From the human T2T-CHM13v2.0 reference genome, Homo sapiens: a DNA stretch of 64,000 nt. The notes under the pieces were generated by a model. That model was not told the DNA's origin. It did no database searches and was given only the letters and a program-made list of their open reading frames with translations. Position numbers and translations under genes: made by a program. The stretch lies in the NCBI RefSeq assembly GCF_009914755.1, contig NC_060926.1. One strand, 5' to 3'. Below, in pieces: positions 42,063 to 54,614 of this stretch (positions within the stretch are counted from its first letter, which is position 1; each line of letters starts with the position of its first letter).

Positions 42063-42277
42063 ACTAAATATGGCATCTTGATTAATCTTGTGAATGTGCT
42101 TATTTTGGTACCCATATTTTAATAAATGTAAACTATCATTTTATTATCATTTCTATACCATCTCTTAGCAGATTCTGGAGAAGTAGTATGAACAAGGAAA
42201 TTTACAGAGTATCCATTTTTTTTAGGAAGTCTGTACTATATTTTGTGAAGGCTGTATATTAAATACAGGTATCACTC

Positions 42278-42396
42278 GTGGTAGGCCATTCTTGTATTGC
42301 TATAAAGAAATACCTGAGACTGGATAATTTATAAGAAAAGAGGTTTAACTAGCTCACAGTTCTGCAGGCTGTGCAGGAAGCGTAACACCAGCATCT
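42278..42396 (-). mobile_element. MST (MSTA/B) MaLR LTR 3' fragment
   Basis: ccattcttgtattgctataaagaaatacctgagactggataatttataagaaaagaggtttaa. Confidence 0.9.
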
Positions 42397-42646
42397 ACAA
42401 GTAGTTTATATTTTATTACATTTCTTAATTATTAAAATATCCCAGAATTAAACCTCTTAAATTTTCTATGACTTTATAGCAAAACTTATTTTTAAAAATC
42501 TCCAGCAATGTTTTTAGTGTTATTTTAATAACAAATTTATTTTAATTTGTGCCATACGATTTTATTTTATCCATTTTTACATAGAACAAAAAACAAAGCA
42601 CTTACCAGTAATATGTAGCTTTTGCCTTTCATTAAGAAAGAAACTT

Positions 42647-43212
42647 CATTTTAACAGTATTGATTCTTCCTATCCATGAACAAGAAATGTTTTTCATTTG
42701 TTGGTGTCATCTCTAATTTATTTGAGCAGTGTTTTGTAATTCTCATCGGAGAGATTTTTCACCCCCTGGTTAGTGGAATTCCTGGGTATTTTATTCTTTT
42801 TGTGACTATTTTGAATGGCACTGTGTTCTTGATTTGGGTCTCGGCTTGGATGTTGTTGGTGTATATGAACATTAAAGATTTCTGTACATTGATTTTGTGT
42901 TCTGAAACTTTGCTGAAGTTGTTTATCAGATAAAGGAGGTTTTGGGCAGAGATTATGAGGTTTTCTAGGTATAGAATCATATTATATAAAAATGGGGATA
43001 ACTTCCCTTCTTCCTATTTGGATGACTTTTATTTCTTTCTCTTGCCTGATTGTTCTGGCCAGGACTTCCAGTACTATGCTGAATAGATGTGGGGAGAGAG
43101 GACATCCTTGTCTTGTGCCAGTTTTCAAGGGAAATGCTTCCAGCTTTTACCCATTCAGTATGATGGTGGCTGTGGTTGTGTCATAGATAGCTCTTATTAT
43201 TTTGAACTATGT
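42647..43212 (-). mobile_element. Inverted ORF2 segment of an L1PA (L1PA15/16-like)
   Basis: ORF 42759-42980 [35 protein letters not shown] matches L1 RT. Confidence 0.92.
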
Positions 43213-43773
43213 GATTGGACAATTCCTGGAAGAGCTTGAAACAGAATTACTATTCCACTCAGCAATCCATTATAGATTATATGCCCAAAGGAATATAAGT
43301 CGTTCTACCATGGAAACACTATTCACAATAGCAGAGACATGGAATCAAGCTGAATGCCCAGCGATGGTAGATTAGAAAAAGAAAATGTGGTACATATATA
43401 CTATGGAATACTGTGCATCCATAAAATGAATGATATCATGTCCTTTACAGCAACATGGATGGAGCTGGAGCCCATTATCCTAAGCAAACTAACACAGGAA
43501 GAGAAAACCAAATACCACATGTTCTCACTCATAAGGGGAAGCTAAATGTCGAGTATACATAAACACAAAGAAGAGAACAACAGCACCAGAGCTTCTTGAG
43601 GGTGGAGGGTGGGAGGAGGGTGAGGATCAAAAAAACTGCCTATCAGGTGCTATGCTTATTACCTTGATGATGAAATAATATGTACACCAAACCCCCCATG
43701 GCACTCAATTTACTTAAATAACAAACTTGCACATGTATTCCTAAACCTAAAATAACAGCTTTTTAAAAAAGAA
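43213..43773 (+). mobile_element. L1PA16-like 3' end
   Basis: ttgagggtggagggtgggaggagggtgaggatcaaaaaa...tatgcttattacc...tgtacaccaaacccccatg; degenerate TSD aagaaagaaacttca / aagagtaaaacttca around 42647-43773. Confidence 0.92.
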
Positions 43774-44438
43774 AAGAGTAAAACTTCAACAGAGTTTTCT
43801 AAATTGTTATTACCAAGTTTGGACTGAGTGTTACATTATCTTAAATATAAATGAAAAGCACGTAGTGTTTATGGCTGGATGTTCAGCTTTCATATGTAGA
43901 CTGCTAAACATGATTGATTGTTCCACAAAATTCTTAGTTAATAATATCTCAGGACATAGTTTATTCTTATCTGAAATTCTCTGTTAACTTTGCAGAGTAG
44001 AGATTACATCATCTTGTTTTACCTCATAATATGGCTGCCAGGGCTTATAATTATGGTAGTAGTGCAGGCTTTACCAACCCCTTAGTTTTTGCTTTTGTTT
44101 TTGTTATTATTATTGTAATCACTCTGGTATTTATTTTTAGGTATTTTTTAAAGCCACTGTTTCTTATAGTGGAAGTTAGATAAGTTAAAACTGGATATAT
44201 TATATCCTAAAGTATTTTAATTGGAACAAACTGTTGTTAGTCAAAATATGTTGAAAGCCAGCAAAGCAGTGGATGACCTCATTTTGCAAATTTCTGCGTT
44301 GTGTAAATTTCATGATGCACTGCCAATACTTCATTTAAAATTTATAATATATGATATGTAGACTGAGTTGGGCACTCCTGGGAAATCCATGTATTAAATA
44401 TTAGTTATGCTATTATTGATTCTTTAAAATAATAATAA

Positions 44439-44755
<317 letters not shown>

Positions 44756-45505
44756 GAATTAGAAATTCTAACATGTTCTCTCAGTACCACAAGAAATTAT
44801 TTGGAGAACCCACTAGAATACACACATCTTGCTTGAGGAACCACTGGCCTCAGGACATAGGCTTAAAGTAAATCAACAAAAATTAACTACATACATATAA
44901 GCATATCTTCCTAATTTTTGCATTGCGTGACCTAACTATAATCTATAGCATATCTTTCCATGCCCAGATCTATTTCTGAACTGTTATATGACATCTCCAC
45001 ACAGTTCATACTTGCTTTGACTATGACCTAAATTCCTAGCCTGTTCCCTGGATAGTTTCTCAGTAGTGCAGGACTATAAATGCACAGTCACTGTGTGTAC
45101 AAGTTATATGGGAATATAACAAGTTATGTGTTAATAAAAATTATTTAGAAATAAAACGAAAATTATAAACAATTTGTACTAATACTATATTTTTTCTGTT
45201 ATACAACATAGTGACATGAAAAACAAATATAATAATGGCTTAATTGTAAAGTATATAATAATAGTTTATCTGATTTGACCCTCCATATACTGTATGAGGG
45301 CCTTAAACCTCTTTCATGATACTTTCCATCTAATTATGGCTATTGTCAGGGTGTGTCTGATGTATGCCTCAGGAAACATCCTCAGTCACCAGCTGGTATT
45401 AATAGTTTTGTCTCTCTGTTCTGATTCTTTTCATAATATTTGGAATTTTGTCTTCCACTACCTGTACAAGGGCAAGGCAACTCATCTGTTAGTAAGAGAT
45501 AACTT

Positions 45506-45810
<305 letters not shown>

Positions 45811-47010
45811 TTACTTAAATCATAACTTGGGGGAATTTTACCATTAAATCATTATACAATATTTTTATTACTCTGTTCAGAGTAATATACCAGAGTAAGT
45901 ACCATTTTATAAGCTTCTATAGTTCAATGGCATCTCCATGAAACTTATATAAGTAGCTTTTAATTAAAAATTAAAGTTTTTTTCAGAAAGAATTTTTTTG
46001 TTAATTGGTCATTATCCATTTATTGATTTCTTATGGCATGTTCAGCTTTATTCATAAAATAGGCATCATCTAAAAGAATTGTAAGCATGAATTCCTTTTC
46101 AGTGTGTGGGCAGTGTAATTGGAGAGCCAAGAGAAATACAGAGGAAATTACTGATGCCAAAAATACATAAAATGTAATAGAGAAAATAGAATTGGAAACT
46201 CTTCTTGGTATACTCTCTTTCTTCATACTGAATCACATGGCTCGCTATCAGTTCAAATAGGAATTTTTAAGGAAGTCCTTTATGGATTTCACCTCACTCC
46301 AATGTGTCCACACTCAGTGCTTTCTCAGGATAAAGAAACTCAATTCTATTACATAATTTTGTAAATTGTTTTCTTTTTCTTTGCCCACCATATTCTCATA
46401 AGGACACCTTAAGCTCCTCAAAAGCACAAAACGCAAATTCTATTTCTTTGTCAACCCTCTCTCTAGTAAAGTTCTAGGTAAAGAATAAATGCATGACTGA
46501 TTGTTTTAATGAGCGCTAATGGGTGTTGTTAAATCCCTTACTATCTGAGGAGATCGTTGCTTATGGCAGCCCCTGTGATTTTAAAAGCTCTTCCATGTTG
46601 GAATAAAGGCAAAATACAGTGATTTCAAAGAACTGGGGAGAGAAATTTTAAGATTTCCTTTTGGGAAAATTTCAGGCAAAAAATTACATCTTATAATCCA
46701 TTCCAGGCTTTTGATTGTATGATTACCCCATTTACAATTGATGTTGAAAATAATATTTTCTCACTTGCCACAGCCTCTTCTTTGCATTCTCTCACCCTCA
46801 GCTATTATATATTAGCTCAGTACCTGCATTATTTACAGGAACTGAAAAACAGGGTTGAAGATTATAAAATCTCACATTTGCTGACTTTTATGCAGGTTAA
46901 ATGAAAGAGTTTTATAATTGTTTCTGCCAACCAGTAGGTTCAAAATGTTTATTAAAAGTGAATTCTGGATAAATTATGATTAATGTCCTTCTGGTTTGTT
47001 TTGCTTGAGC

Positions 47011-47012
<2 letters not shown>

Positions 47013-47057
<45 letters not shown>

Positions 47058-47068
47058 TATATATATAA
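47013..47068. repeat. (CA)n(TA)n compound microsatellite
   Basis: Direct inspection. Confidence 0.95.
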
Positions 47069-47752
47069 CTTTATATAAAACTATAAATACTAGGAACTAG
47101 CACTAGAACTGTACTTTTCACTACAGTATCAGTAAAAAAAAAAAAATTTAGGATTTTTTATGACTGATTTTACATTTAAACCTAAAGGAAAAATAATCAG
47201 GAACAACACAGAGTTTTTTTTTTTAAATGAGTTGGCAAAGAAAATACCAAAGGCTCAAACCTGACAAAAGCATTGAGAATACCAGAAAAGAAATTTTAAC
47301 CTTTAAATTTAATTGAAACATGATATTTTTCTCTTTTGAAACATTTCTTTCTCTACAAAAATCTGTTCCTTCAGAACCTGTTGATGCAATAATATTATAT
47401 CATTTTTTTTTACTGGTCAATGTATTTATTTGTAATTGTTCTGAAATTGTTTCCTGCAAGGTTTTCTATTACTCAAACTGTCTTTGTACACATAATTTTC
47501 CTTTCATGCCATTTATGAACCATTTTTTATTTCTATGGTTGATAGAGAATGACTTCATAATTCATTTCTGAATAAGTGAAATAATTTAAAAACATTTTAA
47601 AGTGGGTGTATCTACTTGCTTGGAGCTTTGTCGAATCATGTTTCTTATTTGGAGCCTCTGGAGGAATGTTGACTTACCATGGTAAAAATTAACTGGTGAA
47701 ACTCTAAAGAAAACACAGACTCTACACGCAGTCTTGTCCGAAACTTACTCAC

Positions 47753-47803
47753 CCTGAAACCAATGAATTTCAAAGACCTAGATACTTCCTTCTGTGATGT
47801 CCC
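47753..47803 (-). other. Candidate 51-nt exon (transcript unknown)
   Basis: Minus-strand acceptor tttttcttttattctctgatctcag|GGG and donor CAGG|gtgagtaagt; alternative donor CATG|gtaagt at 47678. Confidence 0.35.
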
Positions 47804-48265
47804 CTGAGATCAGAGAATAAAAGAAAAATCCCTCGTAAATATACATCACGTACAGCTGTTTGATTTATGCATTATGCAGAAACTAAGAAAACAGAGTTAT
47901 ATGTAACTTTGCAATGAGAAGTGCACCCACCAAAAAAAAAAAAAAAAAATCCCAAAACATTGTTTCAAAAAGAAGTGGTATGAAGCATCTTAGTGTTTCA
48001 TGAATATTGAAGAATAGTGCAATTATTGAAATTTGGCATTTAAAAAATGTTTTTAAATTATTAGGAAGCTACCGTGACCTGTTTACTAAATCCTCAATTC
48101 TTTCTCTCTCAGTTTTTCTTACTATAAAATTTACTTTTCAAGCCAGAGAATTTTTCTTTCTGACAAGACGTAGATCTATATTGCGCTGTCAAGATGCAGC
48201 TTTTGCATCTCTGCTGCCATGTGGATAGAATAACTTTCTTTCCTCAAGAAGTGGACAAGCCCTCA

Positions 48266-48568
48266 TAGGGACTGATTTTCTGTGAAGTAGTGAGACTTAA
48301 TCTTTGGGACCTTCACTTACATCACTTACATAGGACCTTTCAATACTCAGGGAGGGCCCTTGGCAATAAGTTCTTCTGACAATATATCTTGTGCTGATGG
48401 TGGTGTTAGCTTTCAAAATTTGTAATTATTTTGGTAATTTCTGTCATCCTAGAAAAATGTGTATAGTGTATTTGTTCCTAATTTCATTTTCATTATTTAT
48501 ATATTTTTTAATGAACACCCCCAGCATAGTATAAGTTTTATACCTCTACAATCTGAATCACCCGCTTG
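48266..48568 (+). mobile_element. MER115/Zaphod-like hAT-Tip100 non-autonomous DNA transposon, internally deleted
   Basis: 5' tagggactgattttctgtgaagtagtgagacttaa...gggagggcccttggcaat; 3' gtataagttttatacctctacaatctgaatcacccgcttg. Confidence 0.65.
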
Positions 48569-49899
48569 GCCCATGCCTAGGACTAGGTCTTATCATCCGC
48601 AGTGAGAGATTATAGGCTCTTACTAGGAATTTATGGTAACATGGGCTCCTAACAGTCATGATTTTTATAACATGATTGCCTATGTATATAAAGTCCACTG
48701 GCTGAACAAGTATTTTCCCTCAAATCAGGAAGGAAAAAAAAAAACACGAAGCAAATTGATCCTCTTCTAAAAGCTGTCACATCAGTAACCCATCATATTC
48801 TCATTTACTTATATACTGAGTAGGTAGTCACCTTTGATTCATATCTCTCAGGAGTTCAGAAGTTTTTGAAAGTAATTTGTGATACAAAATATAGGGAAAT
48901 TCAGAATGAGATTCTTTTGGCTTGTCTTTCTTTTTCTTTTTTTCTTTTTTTTTTTTTTATTTGTTGAACTCAAATCCGGAAATTGTGGAGGTTACTAGAA
49001 CTCTAAGTCACAGACTTATAAGTACTGAAAAAGTAGTCAGTAAAGAAAACATACAGTAAGAGACTAGGTTAATTTTCCTATAGTTCATTGATGTTTCCAC
49101 TATTACTGCCCCTGATTTTTAACTTTAGTTTTCCTTAGATTGTTGGAGTAATATATGTACCTTAAAAATTAACTGTGGAACAAGTAGATGAACTTTTTAC
49201 ACAATTTCCTGCTTTTATAAAGTTCCTACTAGCTATATTTTCCCAAAAGTGCTCAACAATAGAGTCTGGTGCTAAAAAGCAGAGTAGGCTAAATTTAGAT
49301 CAATGTGAAATGCCCTACTTATTTCCTATGAACTTAATTGATTGAGCTCATTTTGGGGGTGTCTTTCTGATCGACCAGAAACTTGGCTCATTAGAGCAAC
49401 TCACAAAGTGACCTTTTAAAAGAAAGAGTTTTCAATATATTTGTTCATGTTCCATTCCACTGAGAATGGTGCTATTTAAAACTAAATACAATAATTTTAG
49501 ATATTGTACAGCAGATATAATTTTAAACATAATACATGGGATTTCGATTTTAGGTACTGTTTATAAGGCATTTCTCCTTATATTATTCTAGACTTAAATA
49601 TAACAAATTTCATGCAGAGGTTTCTTTCAAAAGTAAATTCAGCCACATTTAGACTCAAATATTCCCTAATTTTTTAGTGTAGCTGAAGTCCTAATAATAT
49701 ACTTGTGTTTCTTTTAAATTAAGTCCCACATGTTAACTTTACAGCAGAAAGTCCATGTATCGTATTATTAGTCTAAATCTTCATTTTACTGTTTAGTTAA
49801 CACAGACATTCATTTAACACACTATGTTTAATTTCCCACTCAGTTTTGGCTTATTGTAGTCTAATAAACAATGATTAAACAATGCCCCACTTAATGCAG

Positions 49900-50082
49900 G
49901 TTGAGAAATAAGTGAAACTATGACATGGAAAAATATTACAATAAGCGAAAAATATTACAATAAAGGAAAAAATAATGGAAGAATATCAGTATTTGATGCT
50001 ATTATACGTGACCATATTGTTTAGCAAACTACTTCAAAAATGAAATTAGGAATTTCAGAGAATCATTTTATTCTCATATCAG
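49900..50082 (+). repeat. Left arm of a 183-bp inverted repeat
   Basis: Reverse complement of 50801-50983 at 179/183 positions, no gaps. Confidence 0.98.
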
Positions 50083-50219
50083 AATGCTTGGAAAAGTGAG
50101 GGCTAAATGTATTTGTTATTTGACTGTGTACATTATGCCCATGGAATAGCATTTTGGAAGACCCAACATTAAGCTAGCTTTACATAACAATGAGTATGTC
50201 ATGTTAACTTATGATACAC

Positions 50220-50415
50220 TTTAATCCTGGCTTGACTCTGGTAGCTGTGTGACTATAATCTTTCAGGCCTCCATTTACTTATCCAGAAAGTGGAAATAAT
50301 AATATGTAATTAATAGATGCCTGGTGAATATTAAATTCATTAATATTTGTCAACTATTTTTCACAGACTTTTCATTTAGTTAAGTACACAATAATAAGTA
50401 AGCACTCATATATGA
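50220..50415 (+). mobile_element. MIR SINE inside the inverted-repeat spacer
   Basis: ttaatcctggcttgactctggtagctgtgtgact...gcctccatttacttatccagaaagtggaaataataat...taagcactca. Confidence 0.75.
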
Positions 50416-50800
50416 ATGTGTGTACATATTTATCGTAAACAGATCCTCAGTAATTAGTGTAGAAATAAATGTTCTAGACAATCCAAAGTTATTTAAAGTT
50501 TTTCAGAAAGCTACCCTTCTATCATCTGGGGTAATTTTTTTTGTCATTTTGGCAAATATGTAGAGAATATATGTGAGTCTTCCTATTAGTCTGAAGTAAG
50601 CAAAACTATAAAGGCACATTTATCGAGGTGGAATGTGAAAAACAACAATCATTTTAACGTAAATCTATGATACTTTGGTCTCTTCCAGTGTCCAGGTAAC
50701 TTATGCCACAACTTTCTTCTATCTTTGTTAATAATACAGTGTGTTTTATACCTGTGGGCACTAACATTTTGTTACTATTTGTAGTAATGCTACTGCATTA

Positions 50801-50983
50801 CTGATATGAGAATAAAATGATTCTCTGAAATTCCTAATTTCATTTTTGAAGTAATTTGCTAAACAATATGGTCACGTATAATAGCATCAAATATTGATAT
50901 TCTTCCATTATTTTTTCCTTTATTGTAATATTTTTCACTTATTGTAATATTTTTCCATGTCATAGTTTCACTTATTTGTCAAC
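50801..50983 (-). repeat. Right arm of the 183-bp inverted repeat
   Basis: Mismatches only at 49905/50978, 49946/50937, 49989/50894 and 50029/50854. Confidence 0.98.
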
Positions 50984-51477
50984 ATACTATGTATCCATGA
51001 ATGTCCTGAAGGGAAAAAAAAATCTCATATATACCTAACTGATGTGCTTGACATATAGTAAGTTGTCCATAAGTATTTGCTGGTAGATTTATTTATTTTT
51101 TAAAAAAACAACTTGGAAAGTTTTCTGTGTGCTTTTATATTAGAACTTGACCTTTGAAGTACCTCCAGGAAATTTTGAAGAGTGCTGGCATATGACAATG
51201 CGTAAGTTTATATTTCATGTCCATGCATGCCATTAAAATTCTAATAATGTAGTTGACAGAGCCTTTCTTGTCCCTTAAGCACTAAATTTGTGGCTTGCTC
51301 TAGATTGTCCCACCTGGCACAAGCTAGGTGAAATTTCAGGTCTAGCCAACTTTTTTCTTTTTTTTTTTTTAACAAGTATTAAAAACATTTTCATATATAT
51401 TCCCTGTATTATTTCACCTATTTTTGTGTGTGTGTTTCTATCACACTGCCACATCAAAAACCTCTTCTTGAACGACT

Positions 51478-51690
51478 ATAGTATAGTGATTAATAGTTCA
51501 GTGTCTAGATCAAGACCACCTATGGACGTATCTTGGCTCTGATTTTACCAGCCGTACAATCCTGGAGAATCTGTTCAAGAGAAATGTGCCTCAATTACGT
51601 ATCTCTAAAGTAGTTGTAGCTATAGAACCTGTTCCATAGATGTGGATCAGAACACTGCATGACATTTAGAAAATGTTTAATAAATGATGT
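51478..51690 (+). mobile_element. MIR SINE
   Basis: atagtatagtgattaatagttcagtgtctagatcaagac...tgtgcctcaattacgtatctctaaag...gtttaataaatg. Confidence 0.7.
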
Positions 51691-53119
51691 TGCTGTACTT
51701 GTTGCTGTTATTGTTGCTCTGTCATGTTAGGAGAACTCTCATTTACCCTAGTGTTCTCTCAAAGTGAAATACAGATCATTACCTCTTGAAATCATGTCCA
51801 AGTAACTTCAGAATTATTTAGAAATCATTTATCTAAATCAGAGTATTTCTTGATATAATTTAAAGTTGATTGTATTTGAAAGTACATATGTCAATCTAGT
51901 ATGAGATAATCTCAAGGAAATAAAAATGTATAGGTCTAATTTACATTTTTATATGGAAGGAGATAATTACTTTCTATCACAAATGATGAAGGCTGACGTT
52001 TGTTTCTTTTTTACTTTTAATTTTCACTTATATTTTGTTTATTATCAATATTTGCTTTTTAAAAGGTGGGAAGAAATCAACCAATCAAACATTAAAAAGC
52101 AATATGGAGGAGGGTGATATAATGCCCACTTATATTTCTCTTATAATTTTAAATATTTTCATAATTAACAGAATAATTAGCACTGGTAATATTAAAATAC
52201 CATCAAAAGAATCTAAATGTATGTGCTTTCTGTTGCAGCCTTGTTAGATGTTTCAGTGGATTCAAAGTGTTGTTATAAGAAAACGTGATTTATCAAGACT
52301 TTCATGTGTAAAATAAAAGGCATTTTCAATGACTACTTGGCCAGGCTTTCAGATTCCAATGCCAAGATGTTGTATTTTGATATTGCAGTTTTCTAACAAC
52401 AACAAAGTTGAGTGGACTTCTGGAACTAAAACTTAAATATTCAGAACTAATTATCACCACTCTATTTCTTACAGAGCATTTAAGGAACACATATATGCAT
52501 ATATCCTTGCACTTTGTGCTACAGGTTGTGAGCCAGGGTTACTTCCTTCTGACCATGTGGGTTCATAATGAAGACCCAACCTTAAGGTACCCAGGGCTTA
52601 GAAATCAAATTTGTCCTTAGGACACTTTGGAAATCTATCTTGTAGTACAGGTGACCCAGCAGCAATCAATCTTTCTGCCATCCCTAGTTTTACTTCAGGA
52701 CCCAGAAAAGTTGTAACTTGTTTCCTTTCCTGTGATCAAGCCTTTGTTTTCTCTTTTTTTCTCCACTTTTTGTAGCTTTTTAATTTGTTTCTCTGTTGAT
52801 TACTAGCCCAATGCCTGAGCATCTTCGTCTTAAGACAAAGCCTCTGTGTTTCTTCAGCTCCTGAAATGACTGGCATGCTGAAAATGAGCTCAGGGCATTA
52901 GTCTTTGCTACTAAGCCACTACAGATTCCATTCCCTTTCTTCCTGAGTATGCACACACCGCTTGTTCACAGACTCCAGATTAGTTATTAAGCTACATCTG
53001 TATGCAGTTTGCACTCTCCTGCCTTCGACCTGCTTGTCCCAGAAGTTATTCACCATATTCTACCTTGATCATATTTTCTACTTGTCAATGCGCATGTCAA
53101 TTAAGAACTTTTAACATTT

Positions 53120-53352
53120 ATTGACCATTTATTATATACTAGCCAGTCTTTTAATTGCTTTATGAACAATTAACTTAATCATCATATAAGCATAGTAGGG
53201 TACAATTAGTTCCCCAACTTTATATATGAACAAATGGACTTTCAGAAAGGTAAGGTAAAATATCCACGGTAAGAAAGCCTGCATATGTGGAACTGGGAAT
53301 TGAACCCCTATGTCTGACCCGAGGGTCCATACACTTAAGCATTATGCTATCA
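53120..53352 (-). mobile_element. MIR SINE
   Basis: ttattgaccatttattatatactagcc...gtggaactgggaattgaacccctatgtctgacccgagggtccatacacttaagcattatgct. Confidence 0.8.
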
Positions 53353-53949
53353 AGTTTTCCACAGCCTGCTTTTCGGCTTCTCTCTCTTTCTTTCTTTCCT
53401 GATCTCTGTTGCAATTCCTACCTTTCAACTCCCTTCTGACCATGGACAGTTTGCAAAATGCCAGAGGTACGTCTCAAAGAAGCTTCAAATAGGAGCGTGT
53501 ACTACCATTAAGTCAGCTCCTCAGTTGTCTTCTTTGGATTGAGAAGCACTTCATCACTTTTTACACAGGTTTAATTATCAAATATGACTTTTCTAGTACT
53601 ACAGCTAATATATGTCAATGTCAAAGGGTTAACAGAATACTAGGCCTATATTAAATTATACATATGAGCTTTCTCTTTACTCCTTTTTATGTTCATTAGC
53701 AAACAGATAAAGCCATAATAGATTTTTTAAGGAATATTTTGTTTTGTTTTGTTTTGGACTTATACATCTATTAACAATAAACCAAACATTGCAGATTAAA
53801 GCAAATCTGCCAATCTGTTTTACAAACACTATCTTCTGAAGGGTTCCTGGGCACAAGATACTGTTCTAGTAATATTTCACAGCTTTTTTTTTTTTTTTCA
53901 TTTTAGAGAAAATATTCTAAGACTCCAAAGTTAGATAGTATTTGGTCAG

Positions 53950-54614
<665 letters not shown>

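Noticed and set aside
42676-43545. ORFs with reverse-transcriptase similarity
   Set aside because: Fragments of a dead, truncated L1.
49900-50983. Inverted repeat interpreted as the TIRs of a DNA transposon
   Set aside because: No TSD, no transposase remnant, the spacer contains an old MIR, and arm identity is too high for primate DNA transposons.
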